54,359 nucleotides of DNA from Selaginella moellendorffii (Eukaryota > Plantae > Lycopodiophyta): positions 1-54,359 of the forward strand of contig NW_003314294.1 of the NCBI RefSeq assembly GCF_000143415.4. Reading direction: 5' to 3'. The notes beneath the pieces are model-generated. The model saw nothing but the letters and a program-made list of their open reading frames with translations, had not been told where the DNA came from and ran no database searches. Of the stretch, positions 35,715-49,440 are shown piece after piece (position 1 is the stretch's first letter; every line of letters begins with the position of its first letter). The translations under genes and the position numbers were made by a program.

Positions 35715-36035
35715 CTCTTTGAGGTTTCCTCTAGAAGTTATCTTGCACATTGCGGCCAACTTGCAGTGCACCTGAATCACCACCAAGCTCTTGAGCTTGC
35801 CCTCAAAAGTTGTTTTGCACATCTCCACCAACTTGTGCTGTACCACCAAGATCTTGAGGTAGTTCCCAGAAGTTGTTTTGCACATCTCCACCAACTTGTG
35901 CCCAAGCTCTTCCCAAAAGTTGTTTTGCTCATCTCCACCAACTTGTGCCGCACCAGGCTCTTTGAGGTAGCCCCAGGAAGTTGTTTTGCACATCTCAGCC
36001 AGCTTGTGCTGCACCAATCTCTTGAGTTAGCCCCA
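35715..36035. repeat. Degenerate tandem repeat, ~47-72 bp units with a conserved 32-bp core AAGTTGTTTTGCACATCTCCACCAACTTGTGC
   Basis: About 5 copies of the core; the linkers are related to each other. Confidence 0.85.
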
Positions 36036-37399
36036 CCACTAACTCCAAGCTCTTGACTTTGCCCCTAGACATCTCTGCTAGATATAAATATATTAATTAA
36101 AACTCTGTTTTAAATACTGTCACGTCCTAGCATTTTACATTCTTCGGTAATCCCAAGAACCTAAAAATATACTTCAAATATATATGCAAAGAAATATATA
36201 TAGCGGGACACTATGGAGGCATAGTAGCCTAGGCCATGAAGAAGTATCGAAGCAAGGCTTCACTTCATGGGTGTTTAATATGACAATGTTCTTGTGAGTA
36301 AGGATATGACTATACTGCCCCTGTAAGTATATGAACTGGGAAAAAAGAAAACATTTGTTGAGAATAGTCTCACTAGAATATAACTGTGTGAAATCAATAT
36401 AAGGTAGCTTGCTCAAGCGATAAGCATGCTTAACATCTTTTAGATTAATCAACTGATGGCACTCCATAGTGAAAATCATTTTCTTAAAGTACTATGCCAC
36501 CTTACACTAAAAGTGTAAAATGTGCTATAGATTTACTATCATTGCCAATAGAGTACATAAATTTTATTTTGTTATGAATTGATGAACTACTCATACACAC
36601 CCCCTCCCCTCCCATGCATTTGTCAAATTCATCTCAACTTTATTGAGCTCCTCTGCCTAATCATCCTGTATGCAGTTCAATATTAAACAATTGCTTTAGA
36701 GTAGTATTCATATGTAGATTAATCCTCTTGATATGAACATGTTTATAAAGTAATAGGTCTCTTCATAAACAAAACGATGTGTGTTTGTCCAATCAAATAT
36801 ATACTAGCATCAATGAGTCAATCTAAATAGATGCTAAAAAGCTTTAGTTTTAATATGCCACCAAAGAAAAAACATGTCTAAAAGCTAAACATTTTATGTT
36901 GTAACAGATACTTATTATCAATACACTAAAGCTCCATATGTGATTCCATGTTAAAACACGTGGGGAATCACCTCTGCAAAACACACTTCATGCAAATATT
37001 AGCCAATGCAGCTTTTATGACATCAACCGACTCTAAAATCAACATATACTATATATAGATGCATATATCATTTGTGTGAACAAGGTTTTATTAAGGCTCT
37101 AAGTAGATGAATTTTTTTAAAAAACAATTTGCCCCTTTTCTAGAACATTTACTGAAAAATGTAAGAAACCCTATTACATATATCTACAAATGCATCATAT
37201 ATCTTATTTATAGTCACTAAATAATAATTTAAAATAACCTACATGTTCATCAATGAATAAATTGAATAAGTTTTTATCATCTCTATCATGTTTCTTTTGC
37301 ATCTGCAAACTCATCAAGAGTGTGTCAAAATTCAAACTTTACTATCTGATTCTCATCCTCAAATTTAGCCATGTAAGGAATTTTATTTTGGATTTCTCA

Positions 37400-40300
37400 A
37401 CTGCATCAGATTCATCTTGAGCTCTATTTGTTTGTAGGCTCTGCACTTCTGACTACAAGTGCCAATCCTCATGCTCCTAGCACCTATCAAACCATGTTTC
37501 AATTGGCTTAAACACACTTATTCCCACTCTTTTGCATTTGTCTTATGCCTATTTTAATCCCTCTTTCAATGCTTGAACCAGCAACTCATTTTTTATGCAA
37601 GTGTAATCTACCAAGTTACACAGTGCCTTCCTCTATTCAAGCTCTAATCTCTCCTATATATTTTCTTGCATGATGTGGGCTTTTGTAAATTGTAACAAGC
37701 CTCAAACTTCAAAGTCAGCCACTTAATTGATTCCAATAGCACTATCCGCTAGATCTCCATCATCATAACTCCCCTCATGACTAAGCACACCACCTACTTT
37801 GGAAAATAAGTTCTTGCAACAATTAGAACCTGTGCTTATTAACGTAACTGATAAATGGGTGATTACGAAAATACTAGGAGATTTGAATATCCAAGAAAAT
37901 TTCATGGCTAATAAAATTATTTGTCAACATGAAACTTTTGTGCTTCAAGATTTATAAGCACCATAATCTAAAGATACAAACACAAACATTAATAGCCGAA
38001 GTGTAAAAAGAAAGTAATTTTTACCTTAGGAAGAATAAAAGGTCAAGATGTGGCAACAAAATATTCCAATATACTCTCTAATAACACTTAGATAGGTCTT
38101 TATTCCTAAAATCTTTGGGCCTCTTGTTTCCTAGATCTTTTAACTTGAACATAAGGCTATTTGTTGTACAAATCTCTATCTTTCATTTCTATTTGTCTTC
38201 TCTTTGATGTGGTTATGTATAGGCACAATGTCCAGCTTTGAGCTAAAAATCTCAACTGCAAATTGCTTTAGTATTTGTTTGTCTTTTATTATCTATGGTC
38301 CCTTACTATAAACCATGCTCTCTATGGTAGCAGTAGTACACTTTGTTGACATTATTCAAAGTTACAAGATAGTCTCCAAGATAAAGTTATCAAGAAGCAT
38401 TATGAAGTGGATTCATTAGCTTCTTCCCATTGTGTATATAATTTTAATCATGGAGCTTTGCAATTTCTCCATCTCGTCCAACAAAAGTTGACAAAAGCCA
38501 ACCCTCCCATGGAATTTCCTAATTATTGCTTGAAGTCGAGTAGTAATCCTCTAGCATGCATTTCTTTTGCCTTGTATCACCATCAAAGGCATGATTAATC
38601 AACTGACCAAGGACAAGCCTCAAATACTCCTTCCACAAACCTACAATCTTTTCCCATTGCCTCCTCATATTATGATTATTGAAACAATTACAAGTAGACT
38701 GAATTGTAAGTATTAGTTTTGGAAGTTGTTTATGAAGAGGATTACACATGAAGATATGGCTATAGTGAGCAATTTAATTCTACTAGTATGCTTGCACAAT
38801 GTTCTTAAAGCTTTGCTCACTTTCACTTATAGGAACCACAAAGTCATCAATGCAAGTATGATCTTCCCCTTGTTTTCCAAAAAATCTAAGTAAATATCTC
38901 TTTTTGCTCTCCAATACATAATATATTCGATTAAAGTCTCATCTTTTGCAATAATTGCTGGAACTGAATTAGATAGGATACTCAAACACTTTCATTCTTC
39001 TAGTATAGATCAATGCCAATGACTGGAACACCTCATTCAAAATTCCCATTCTGTATTTAAAGCATTTATAACCACTACGTTTGGTTGTTGTCAAGCTTGG
39101 CCCTTTCACATTTATGCTAATCAAGTTGTTTATTCTTGATCCTCCATAGACTTTTGAAACAACTGCTTCATTGATTCAAAAAACATATACCCTTATTTCT
39201 TCCTCAGCAAATTCTAAACTATATTTTTCATAAGATCCCATACAGCTTCTAAACCTTCAAACTTGCCTTGTCAATGAGCTTAAACAATTTTAGAGTAAAA
39301 CTTCCACACGTCCTTGCAAACGATTGCTTCTCTTAAACTCTCTTTGAGAGACTTTACTTAAATTGATATGGCTATAATATGTCACCAAGCCCACCATAAT
39401 TATGTGTGGAGATATTGCTTGCAAATTCAAAAACTTCTAAGTTGCAAAGTACAAGAATATAAATTTTACTTTCTTTGGTTGCTCTATTTTTGTCATGTAG
39501 TCAGAACAAATATTTATCCTATATTCTTTAGGAATTACAGCTTTATATTCCCTCATAGCTCACATTCTGAAATCCTTTTATTGTGAAATATTAGCACACT
39601 TTGTACATTAGAAGTTCTTAAATCCTTTAGTGCTTACAATAACTCACTCACAATCTTGATGTATAAATGTACCTCTCACTTTGACACTTTTATCTCTAAA
39701 GCTAAGGACTTCTATTAAGCACTTCTCTAAAAACCATTTTTGAGGCCCCAAAGAATCATCTAACATTGGCTTCACATCCACTATCTGACTACTATAATAA
39801 TAGTATGATTGCTAATATCCAAAGCACTAAGGTTTCTATATTGAACTAATCCACACACTAAAGTTGAAAGAGATGAACTTAACTCTTACTTGCTCTTGAG
39901 TGTGAACTTTAATTACTAGCTCCAATAGCACTTGAGCTTGCATTGAGTTGGAAATAATAAAAAAATCAAATAGTAAACTAGAACTAAAATGAAAATACTT
40001 TTGTGGAAAAATGTTAAGATATTTCTTTCACTTGTTTTCAAAATTTTCTACTTTACTGGATGCCCTAGTTGTTTTATCTTTTCATCAGCTACAGCTTTGT
40101 GTCCATTTTGACATTAAGTGAGTTGTCGAGTTGTTTTTCAAATTTCCACAATTTAGGAACAAACATAAAATTCTGCATTCCAAACAAATGATATTTCTAT
40201 TTGAGAATCATTAAATTGAAGTATCATAAAACAAAATTTAATACTGCTTTCTTCCTTACAGTCATTCCATTTTTTTCATGTTTTACTTTTGAAACACTGA

Positions 40301-40480
40301 CTACTGAAGTTTTTCCATAAGAATTAAATTATAATTTTCTCCTTTCCAACCAATATTTTCTTATAGTTCTTATCATGTTGCATGCCAAGAGATGTTTAGT
40401 TATAAAATTGTAGTAAGTGCCACTTAATCCTGTCTCATATGCAATACCACATTTGTGACAAAAGATTTGGAATTGCATTT
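37400..40480 (-). mobile_element. Fossil P-element/THAP9-like DDE transposase (many stops and frameshifts); boundaries approximate
   Basis: Collinear minus-strand motifs: IFCHKCG..KHL..C (~40380-40470), YGG...GPSLTTTKR (~39075-39150), PAIIAKDETL (~38930-38962), HAFDGDTRQ (~38570-38593), LHD*NYIHNGKKLMNPL (~38405-38455), EHGL..IDNKDKQ, TGSNCCKNLFS (~37801-37833). Confidence 0.62.
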
Positions 40481-42708
40481 CATTGTCTTTGTCAAATGAT
40501 ATTAACTCACACTTTTCCTTTTACCCTAACTCCTTGATTTTTGCCAGATTTCTTTTGTAAGATGTTATCCAAGTATTGACTTGATTCTTAGTAGCCAATT
40601 TAGAGTTCATACCAATGTTTGCTTGTATATTGTTGAATGTTTCACTATATTGTGTTGATTCTTTTGATTCTAAGCACGGATTGATAAAAATTGGTGCAAC
40701 TGAATTCTTAACTGTACATCATTTTCTTTATTCTTTTAGTGGTTATAATAAGCTGGTGTGGCCCAAGAAACACTTATTATTTCCCTTCCAATCCAAAAAT
40801 CTCATCCCTCTCATAACTGCCTTATAATCTTAAATGAACATTTTTCTGGTGCCCTAATGAAGCACTATCTTTACTAATTAACATATTACGCTCAACTATA
40901 GCTCTTTGCTACTTTACCATTAACTCTATTTCTATATATTTATATATGGTTTAGGGTAGTGGACTTCCCATGGTTCTTGCTTTGTGGGAGAAATTTCTAA
41001 AGAAGTGCTTCAACCTTAGTAAGAGTTTTGACTAGATACACCCCTTTTTCAGTCTATACTCTTGAGGCTACACCTAAAACTGTGATGAGATTTAGCATTT
41101 TATAGCCTTCTATAATTTTGATATTTACCCATGAAAGAATGTCCTTATTTTTTGATAAACCACACGATTATAAAGTCCTACATTATTGTCCTAAGCTAGT
41201 GCTAATTAAAAGTGTAGCTTGCTTTAGAAATTATGCACAAAATGATTTCTTGCACAACAAAAACATTTCCTCATCATAAGTGAAATCTATTTTGTGATCT
41301 AATGGTTTATGATGTTCTGCCAAGTTAGTGCTAAAAAATTCAGCTCACATAATTCTAAATCTACACAAAATATCTGTGTTTTCCAAAAGCCCTAAACCAT
41401 ATGCTATACTGACATGGCAAATAGCTGAGTTGGAATTTGGCACAATTGAACTTGGACATTACTTTTTGATTGTGAGTCTTATTGTTATTTAATTTAAATT
41501 TATGAGATAGATAGTATTATTTGGAATAAATATTCTTAAAAATTTCATCTCATTAATTTTAAATTAAAATAAATCATTTATTTTTAACCCATAATGAAAA
41601 ATAGAATTTTTCCAGCTTTAATCATTATGTTCTTAGACTGATTTTTGCAAACACTGATGCTTTTGATTATCTTACAATGTTTTATGAATCTGTTTTATTT
41701 TATTATTATAAATGAGTTTCTCAAAATATATTTTAGTATTAGAAAATGTAAGTCTTCACTCCACACAAAAAAAATAGTTAATTTGTGTTTAAATAGTAAC
41801 TTTGAAGTCATCATATCAGTCAAACTATTTGTAAACTACAGACAACCTGCCATATACAATCTCAACATAAGACTTGCAAAATCTTATGCATAATGATAGA
41901 TGCAAGATGTATGACCGATTCATCTCTAGATTCGAATACCATTGGAATGATAGTGGACATGCTTAATATGTCTTTATCTGAATTATAATTATAACTTTTA
42001 GAATTTATGAGTCATTGACATCTACAGATTAAGAGTATAAAATATAGATATTTCTAGCCTTATATTAATCTATATTAATATAAATTTCAAGAAGTTAGCA
42101 TAGCAAATTGTTTATTTCTTTTTGTTTCAAGTATTAATTTTACTAATACTTGTGCACGTGTTTATATTAAACATGGTTTGGAGAACCATATATGAATAAT
42201 ATTTAGACTCTTATAGGAAATACAAATGGTAATCTCGCAGTGCTGATTATGAACAAACTTGTTGGAATGCAAAAATTCACCGGTACATAGCATAAAAACA
42301 TGTTGCACAATTGCAGGTAATATCTCTAGATTTGAATAACATTATCGGGAATGATAATGGTAGCATGCATGAATTTTCGCTGTTAATACCATTAGTGGCA
42401 TGGTTTTGCAAGTCACATTTGAACAGATAATAGTAATAAGTCGTAGCATGAAAAATGTCATATCTGTGGTGCGCATCCAGAGACTGTACCTCCATTCCAC
42501 AAATCTAAAGTTTCGGTACAGGCACTATAGGCCACTATGCATGGGCAAGTATCATAAGGGGGGGCTGAACTTTATCTCCTGCACCTTTGCAATGGAATTT
42601 CATGCTCATCCTCCACATCCAATCGGACAATTCAACGGGCAGAAGCCGCCAAGAAGCTCACCCCACCCCCAAGCGATGGTATGCGCTAAAAAACGGTACT
42701 TTACTGTC

Positions 42709-45006
42709 ATGGCAGCTACACACATTCTCCTCCATCTTATACTTTCCCTAGTAGCTTTGCTCTCTCACGGTCCTGTTACACCAACACAAGCATTTGGGGT
42801 CATGGGAACTTTAGCTCCAATGTGGGGGCAATTCGATCCAACACAGGACTCCTCGACTAAGGGTACGTATCACATGTGTGTTATCGAGGCTGGAAGCCTC
42901 CTCCCACACTGCCTTGGCAACATGAGCCGCAATTCTTCCGTGACATTGGTCGATCCGCCGAAAGATACCCCGTTTCTGGCACTATCGGCTGGAGCACAAT
43001 TCACTTGCGGCTTGATATATGGATCCCAGGTACCACTATGCTGGGGGGACTTGGACAACAACAAGCTCGCGGTCCCAGAGAAGCTCCAGAAGGTGAGCTA
43101 CTCGACCATCGCGTCTGGGGCTTACCACGTCTGCGCGCTACGCTCCGGGGCAGCTGCGGCCGTTGACTGCTGGGGCGGAAAGTCAAACGGTGAGAGCCAG
43201 CCCCCGGTGAATGGCGGTCCTTATGTGTCGCTGACCTCCGGCTGGGACTTCTCGTGTGCGTTGACCGCGCTGGGCCGGGCGGTCTGCTGGGGAGCGCTCA
43301 CAAACCGGACCTTCACCCACAACCACGCCGAGCCAAACACCTCATTCGACGCAATCTTTGCCGGGCGGTCGTATGTTTGCGGGGTGGAGAGACAGACAGG
43401 GAATGCTACGTGCTGGGGGGACAACAGCTACAGCCAGTCGAATGTCCCGCCTTACACTAGATTCAAGACCATTGCGCCGTCCATGTTCCACACCTGCGGG
43501 CTCATCCGGGACACGGGCGTGGCGGATTGCTGGGGCGACGACTTTTACAGCCAGGTCAACGCCACCTCGCTAGGGGTGACCTTCTCCACGCTTGCCGCGG
43601 GGGACTTTTACACCTGCGGGGTCAACGCCGAGGATCTGGCCGTCAGGTGCTGGGGGAATGGAGTCCAGGGAACCAAGGATTTTGCCAGAGTCAAAGTGGC
43701 TCCTACTGTTTGCAGAGCGGCCAGATGCAGCAAGCACCAGTATCAACTCCCCTCGAGCTTCTGCCCTGGGATGGGGAACTACAAGGCCTGCGTTGACTGC
43801 ACTCCAGGATTGTGCGGCAAGCGAAAGAATGTTATCACTCTCGCGGTGCTTTGCGTGGTGCTGGTCTTGACGGTGGTGCTGGTGGCTGCTGGGTTTACCA
43901 TCCTTGAGTTTCGAAGGAAAAAGTTGGCGAAGGCAGTGCTGGCTGATCAAGAGCCCGACTTGGAGCTCTTGGAGTACGAGAAACAGGCAAAGAGAGTGAA
44001 GGAGTATACGCAGCAAGAGCTCAGCCTGGCAACCGGTAACTTTAGCAGTGACATGGTGATTGGGAAGGGAGCCTTTGGAATGGTGTACAAGGCGAGGCTT
44101 CCCAGTGGAGAGATTCTGGCCATAAAGAAGGGCAAGCTTGGAAAGGCTGCTTCTTTTGGTGGAGAGCTCAAGCTCCTCAGCCGGCTTCACCACACAAACC
44201 TGGTCAATCTCATCGGCTACTGCAAGCAGGAGAAGCAGCTCGTGTTTGAGTTCATGGCAAACGGGTCGCTGTACGACTGCCTCTTCGTGAAGAACATCAA
44301 GCTCGACTGGTCGACGAGGCTGAAGATCGCGATCCAAGCAGCTCACGGCCTCGAGTACCTCCACCTCTTTGCGGATCCCAGCATCATCCACAGAGATGTG
44401 AAGTCGTCCAACATCCTCCTGGACGAGGGATTCAATGCTCACGTCGCGGATTTTGGAGCCTCCACCTTGGGGCCGACGGAGAACTCCACTCACGTTACGA
44501 GCACCAGCCTTGTTGGAACTCCGGGATATGTTGATCCCGAGTACTTCCAGACAATGCAGCTCAGCCCCAAGAGCGATGTCTACAGCTTTGGAGTTGTCAT
44601 CCTGGAGCTCTTCACAGGGAGAAAGGCTGTGGACTTGGGACAAAGTATCGTCGGAGTTGTGGCATGGGTGGAAAAGGTGGCGAGCGAGTTCTCATCGCTG
44701 GTGCCGGCATTGGACATGGAGCCCCCAGTGGACGAGGAGAAGTCTCGCATTTTGGCCGAAGTTCTGGAGCTGGGAGTGTGCTGTGTGAGGCCAAAGGCAA
44801 TCGATCGCCCTACAATGACGGTAGTCGCGAGTAGTCTTGAGAAGGTCTTGAAACACTTTGGAAATCCTAGCAGCGCGAGGGAGTGGATTTCTTCACCATG
44901 GACAGAGACCACCTCTGGGCCTTCTACGGTTGATGGACCTTCAACGCTAGAGGCAAGCTTTTCAAGCTCATTCCTTGCAGAAATTCGTCTCGTGAGCCCC
45001 AAGTAA
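42709..45006 (+). CDS. CRINKLY4/ACR4-family receptor-like kinase (signal peptide, crinkly/RCC1-like repeats, Cys-rich region, TM, Ser/Thr kinase)
   Basis: Repeated (S/A)GxxxxCG...CWG units; TM VITLAVLCVVLVLTVVLVAAGFTIL; GKGAFG, HRDVKSSN, DFG, GTPGYVDPEY. The likely start is MAATHILLHLILSLVALL at 42709, not the ORF-track start at 42400. Confidence 0.9.
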   Translation: MAATHILLHLILSLVALLSHGPVTPTQAFGVMGTLAPMWGQFDPTQDSSTKGTYHMCVIEAGSLLPHCLGNMSRNSSVTLVDPPKDTPFLALSAGAQFTCGLIYGSQVPLCWGDLDNNKLAVPEKLQKVSYSTIASGAYHVCALRSGAAAAVDCWGGKSNGESQPPVNGGPYVSLTSGWDFSCALTALGRAVCWGALTNRTFTHNHAEPNTSFDAIFAGRSYVCGVERQTGNATCWGDNSYSQSNVPPYTRFKTIAPSMFHTCGLIRDTGVADCWGDDFYSQVNATSLGVTFSTLAAGDFYTCGVNAEDLAVRCWGNGVQGTKDFARVKVAPTVCRAARCSKHQYQLPSSFCPGMGNYKACVDCTPGLCGKRKNVITLAVLCVVLVLTVVLVAAGFTILEFRRKKLAKAVLADQEPDLELLEYEKQAKRVKEYTQQELSLATGNFSSDMVIGKGAFGMVYKARLPSGEILAIKKGKLGKAASFGGELKLLSRLHHTNLVNLIGYCKQEKQLVFEFMANGSLYDCLFVKNIKLDWSTRLKIAIQAAHGLEYLHLFADPSIIHRDVKSSNILLDEGFNAHVADFGASTLGPTENSTHVTSTSLVGTPGYVDPEYFQTMQLSPKSDVYSFGVVILELFTGRKAVDLGQSIVGVVAWVEKVASEFSSLVPALDMEPPVDEEKSRILAEVLELGVCCVRPKAIDRPTMTVVASSLEKVLKHFGNPSSAREWISSPWTETTSGPSTVDGPSTLEASFSSSFLAEIRLVSPK

Positions 45007-48000
45007 GTCAAAGCTAACTTTGAAGGACATGTAACATATAAAATTCAAATTTTTTATCAAGCATTGTTTAATTGCTTTTAGATGGGCACCACAAGATCTA
45101 AAATAGGTTATACATACATACATTATTATTCTTGATAATGTTATTCAAATCTAGAGATGAATTGGTTTTACAATCTACAATTGTACCACATCTTGCAAGT
45201 GATTTTACTTTAAGGTTGTGTGAAGTATCTATTTCTACCTTTAACAACTGTTATCGAAACTAGCACCTCACTTTTTGTGTTTCCTATGCAATTGTGTTAA
45301 ATGGTTCACATACTACATCAAATAAAAACCTTTTGCTTTAGTCATAAGCATCAAGGTAAATATCAAGAAGTTAAAAGTATCAATATTGCATGTAATAGAA
45401 ACCCTTTACTTTTGTTTATGAGCAACATAACTATCAAAAAGTCTATAAGTATTAATAAAATTAGGGGTAACCTAGATTTATTAAGAGTATATTCACCAAT
45501 AATGACCACAGTGGAAATTGAACCTTAAATCTTTACTCATGGGATTTGAATTCAACATATATCATGCACATGGATGGGTATATAAAATTAACATATGAAT
45601 CTAGGATAGATGTGAAAATTCTTCATCCAAATGAAACTTTTACTACTTCTTGGCAATCTAAAGGTAATTCCTCAACAACCAAGACTAATACCAACATCTT
45701 TTTCTATTTCTTGTTGGATGATCTTATGCATACTTATAGGGCTAGGACAATGGGGATCTGTTAGCAAGTGAATTACAAGAGGTCACTCATCCAAAAGGAT
45801 CAAAATTTTAAGTGATTTCCTTAATATTGATATGATTTTGTGTAGGACCACAATTGGATATGTTAATTAGGAGCCTAGTTACTCAATGTGTTATAACAAG
45901 GCAACCAAGATTTGGAGATGAGAATGCCAAACGTTGGAAATTTTTCTTTAGTGTTTTTACTACTAAGTGATCTTGAGGCTAGTCTTGAACTCCTGATGGA
46001 AGAGTTCTGGTGGGAGTGCAAATGTGATGGTGAATAGTTCGACAAGAATGATTGCCACTCCTTGGAAAATGAAGGTGGTGATATTTAAAGCTTAATGTGA
46101 AGTGGCTGCATAACAAAAAAATTGTAATTGCAATTTAACAAACTCTTATTTTGAAAACAAAATCAATAAAAATGAATTAATTTTTTTTATTGAATTCAGG
46201 AAAAAAAACCATATAAAAACCATGAATTTTTAATTGGTATATAGGTGGATACTAATAAGATCTCACATAGAATTAGGATCCTCAACTTACACTCACTCAA
46301 ATGCACTTTTATGCTTTGCACTTAACTAAAATAATCATTTCCTTGCCATTGTGAGTGTCAAGGATGATCATAAGGATTTACTTGATAAAAAGCAAATATC
46401 TTAGTTTTTTTGTTGTTTTAAGCTTGAGAACTTTAAATAACAAAAAGACAAAAGATTTCATAGAAACCCCTACATATGTATACTTTCTATATTAGGAAAA
46501 AGAAGACTTTAATCTCAAGGTTGCACCCAAGCAAGTACAAACTGTGCATGCAAATTTTCAGCACTTGATCTTATGGAGCATGATTCTTTCTTTTAGGAAC
46601 AAAAATATAAAGCTACAAAAATATCAATGAAAAATGTGTTTATGTTAGTGAAACAATGTTGTAATGCTCCTCACTCCTCACAATATAATCATTGCAATAA
46701 TCATGAAGCTCAAGCCAAGAAGCAAAAACCCAATTTTTTTTTTTATATTGTCACTTTGTAACATGCATGAGTGTAACAAACTGTTACAGTGCCAAAAACT
46801 TGTGTGCATAATTAAAAATGCAAAAAGTTGATAGAACTAACCACACAATTCATTTACGCTCAAAAAAGCTATCACTCAATGCCCCAAGCACTAAAAAAAA
46901 GGCTTTGTGCTTGCCTTCACACTTCAATCAATCACTACCTAATTTAGGATGTTATACTACAAATAAACTATAAAAAATGAGAGGCACTCTTAAGAGTGAT
47001 TGAAGCACTATAACTACATTAGGGTGTGTTGTGATTTGAATGTGTTTTATTTCTCCTGGCTTGATTGTAAAACTATAAAAATGAAAGGTGAATGTAACAT
47101 GCCAAAAGTATGAGAGAAATGGTTACAATCAGAAAATCATAAATCTGCATTCAATGATATTAAAATGAGACAAAAAAATCCTTCCTAAATTTGTAATGAT
47201 ATCATGTTATCTGAGATGATGTGGCATTATTTTTGTATGGTAGTTTGAGGTGTTATGCCCCAATCTCATGACAAAACAATCAAAATGTGATTGTGTGTAT
47301 AATACTTTTGCATAGAACTCAAAACAAAAAATATATATCCACACATGTGTAAATATATAATGTTCCAGTCTGCAATTATATATTCATTGCCATAGGTAAT
47401 AAAAAATGCAAAAAAATTATCACATATGTAAATATAAAATAAAACCATATACAATCACATTTTGTTTGCCAAAGGTGTGAACCACTTCTTATTAAATTAC
47501 ATATGCATTTTCTATGTAGTGTATGCTAATAGTTGATAAGAATCCACCCTACCATTGCCACTGCTATAATCATTATTGCTGTTACTTGGTGTGCAAGTAA
47601 CGCAAACATTGGTGAAAATCCAATGCCCTGCAAAGGAAAGACTCTAAGAAAGGACCACCATAATCTTCTTATCCCATATAATAGTTTTTTATGTTGTGAA
47701 TATTCTTTGTAGCTTAAATGTGTTTCTAAACGTCATATACCACAAACAATGTGACAATCACATTAAACATGATTGTCACCAATTTAATATTAAAATATAA
47801 AATATAGCCACATTTGCCTGCCATAGATTGCACAGTGTCTTTAATTTGTCTTATTAGTTTTTTGTGAAAGGAAAAAGCAGAAAATGATTAAGTATCCATT
47901 TATTGTCTTGAGTTCTTGTTTCTATTTGTTTCAAGTATTTCTGAACTTGTATAACTGTTGACATTTACCTTTGATGCTTGTGATGAAAGCAAAAGGGTTT

Positions 48001-49440
48001 CTAGTTGATGCAATATGTCAACCGTTTAAATATAAATTTCCAGGGCTCTCTAGGAATTTGCATCCAAGTGATTGCTCAAGCTGTTGGAGCTCAAGAAGAG
48101 CTTGGGATCGAGATGAGGGCGTGCCGATTGCATTGCCAAGCCGCTTTTTTGCTTGTTGGGGCGAGATTTCTTTGTCGCACTCCTTTTCTTTTTTTCCCTC
48201 TCGCAGTACCATGTGTAGGTGGCAAGTGCCTTATGCCCGCCTCATGCAATATGCATAAGCAGTGATCAAGAAGTTGTAAATCCATCTTTTCCTTCATCGT
48301 TTAAAACTAGAAAAAATCTCGTTTTTCACATATGGAGCAGTGGGACAAATGCACCAAGTTAGTTGAATTTCTACAAATTTTCTTTTAATTTAGTTCATGT
48401 CTCGCATTTAGAGGTCTCAGGCTCAACTAGCTCAAATGCTTTAGGTGCCCCTGTAGCTCCTCGGGCCACGGGAATCTCTGCCAAGTTCTCATTGGGTGAC
48501 AACAAAAGGGTGGTAATCTCCTCAAACTCGTACAATTGCGTGGCTCAACGTCGGCGATCAAGGTCGCGGGTGATGCCCTGGCGATTGTGATGCAAAACAA
48601 GGTGTAGCTTCACAAGAAAAGCTTCCACTTAGAGGCAGCCGAAGAGTTTGAAGTTCTAGAAGAATCCGGGATGTTTAGCTTGAATACGTGAATCGTGCAT
48701 TGTGTCACTGGTGAGCGCCAGCAAGAGAACATGCCATGCTCCAAATATCAGCTTAATCCTTCCCTCTTCAAAGCTGGAAAACGCAGCAAGAGAAGAAGAC
48801 ATTTGTTTCTTACCTCAAACTTTTCCCCCAAAATCCTCATGATCGTCCTTGACACTCGCAGTGGCAAGGAAACGACCATTCTGGCTAAGCGCTAAGCACG
48901 AAAGTGTGTTTGAGTGAGCGTAGGTCTAGAAGGGATGCCCGCGAGCAACATGAACACAAAGGAATCGCGAGAATATCCAGGACACTCCTCGAAGTTTACA
49001 AGTGGTGACGGATTTCCTCGCCGTCTCGTTTGCCCAGACATAAACACATCACAAAATAAAGCTCACAATAAAATCTATGATGTTATGAATGTATGACATT
49101 CTTTTGGTTGTGGATTTTTCTTATGCTTTGGAGAGCAAGCTTGAGAATGTGATGAAGGAGAAGTTTTATATCACTCAGAGTATTGCGGCTGTTAAGGAGC
49201 AACTCCAGATACATGAAATAGTTGACTATAGAAACTTCGACGTGGTGTGGCTGGTGGAAAAACTAGAGAAACAATGTGGCCATGCAGATTTTGTCACCAT
49301 TACTGTTCAATCTTGTGCTTTTAGTTGGGTGCCTTCCAGCTTGTTAGGAAAAGTGTGGAACAACGATGCAATATTTGTCACTATAGTTCGATTTTTCATT
49401 CATGAGAATATTCCACGACTGTCGATTATTTCAAAGGGCT

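Noticed and set aside
35715-36035. CRISPR-like repeat/spacer appearance
   Set aside because: The linkers are homologous to each other and uneven in length, there are no cas genes, and the context is plant nuclear DNA.
42400-42708. 103-codon N-terminal extension of the receptor kinase
   Set aside because: It would bury the signal peptide at 42709 and is AT-rich and non-homologous, so it is probably 5' flank.
45050-49430. Short ORFs (e.g. 49089-49496, 47971-48258) and coding-like patches near 48400-48900
   Set aside because: No recognisable domains or consistent exon structure; cannot be supported without a database search.
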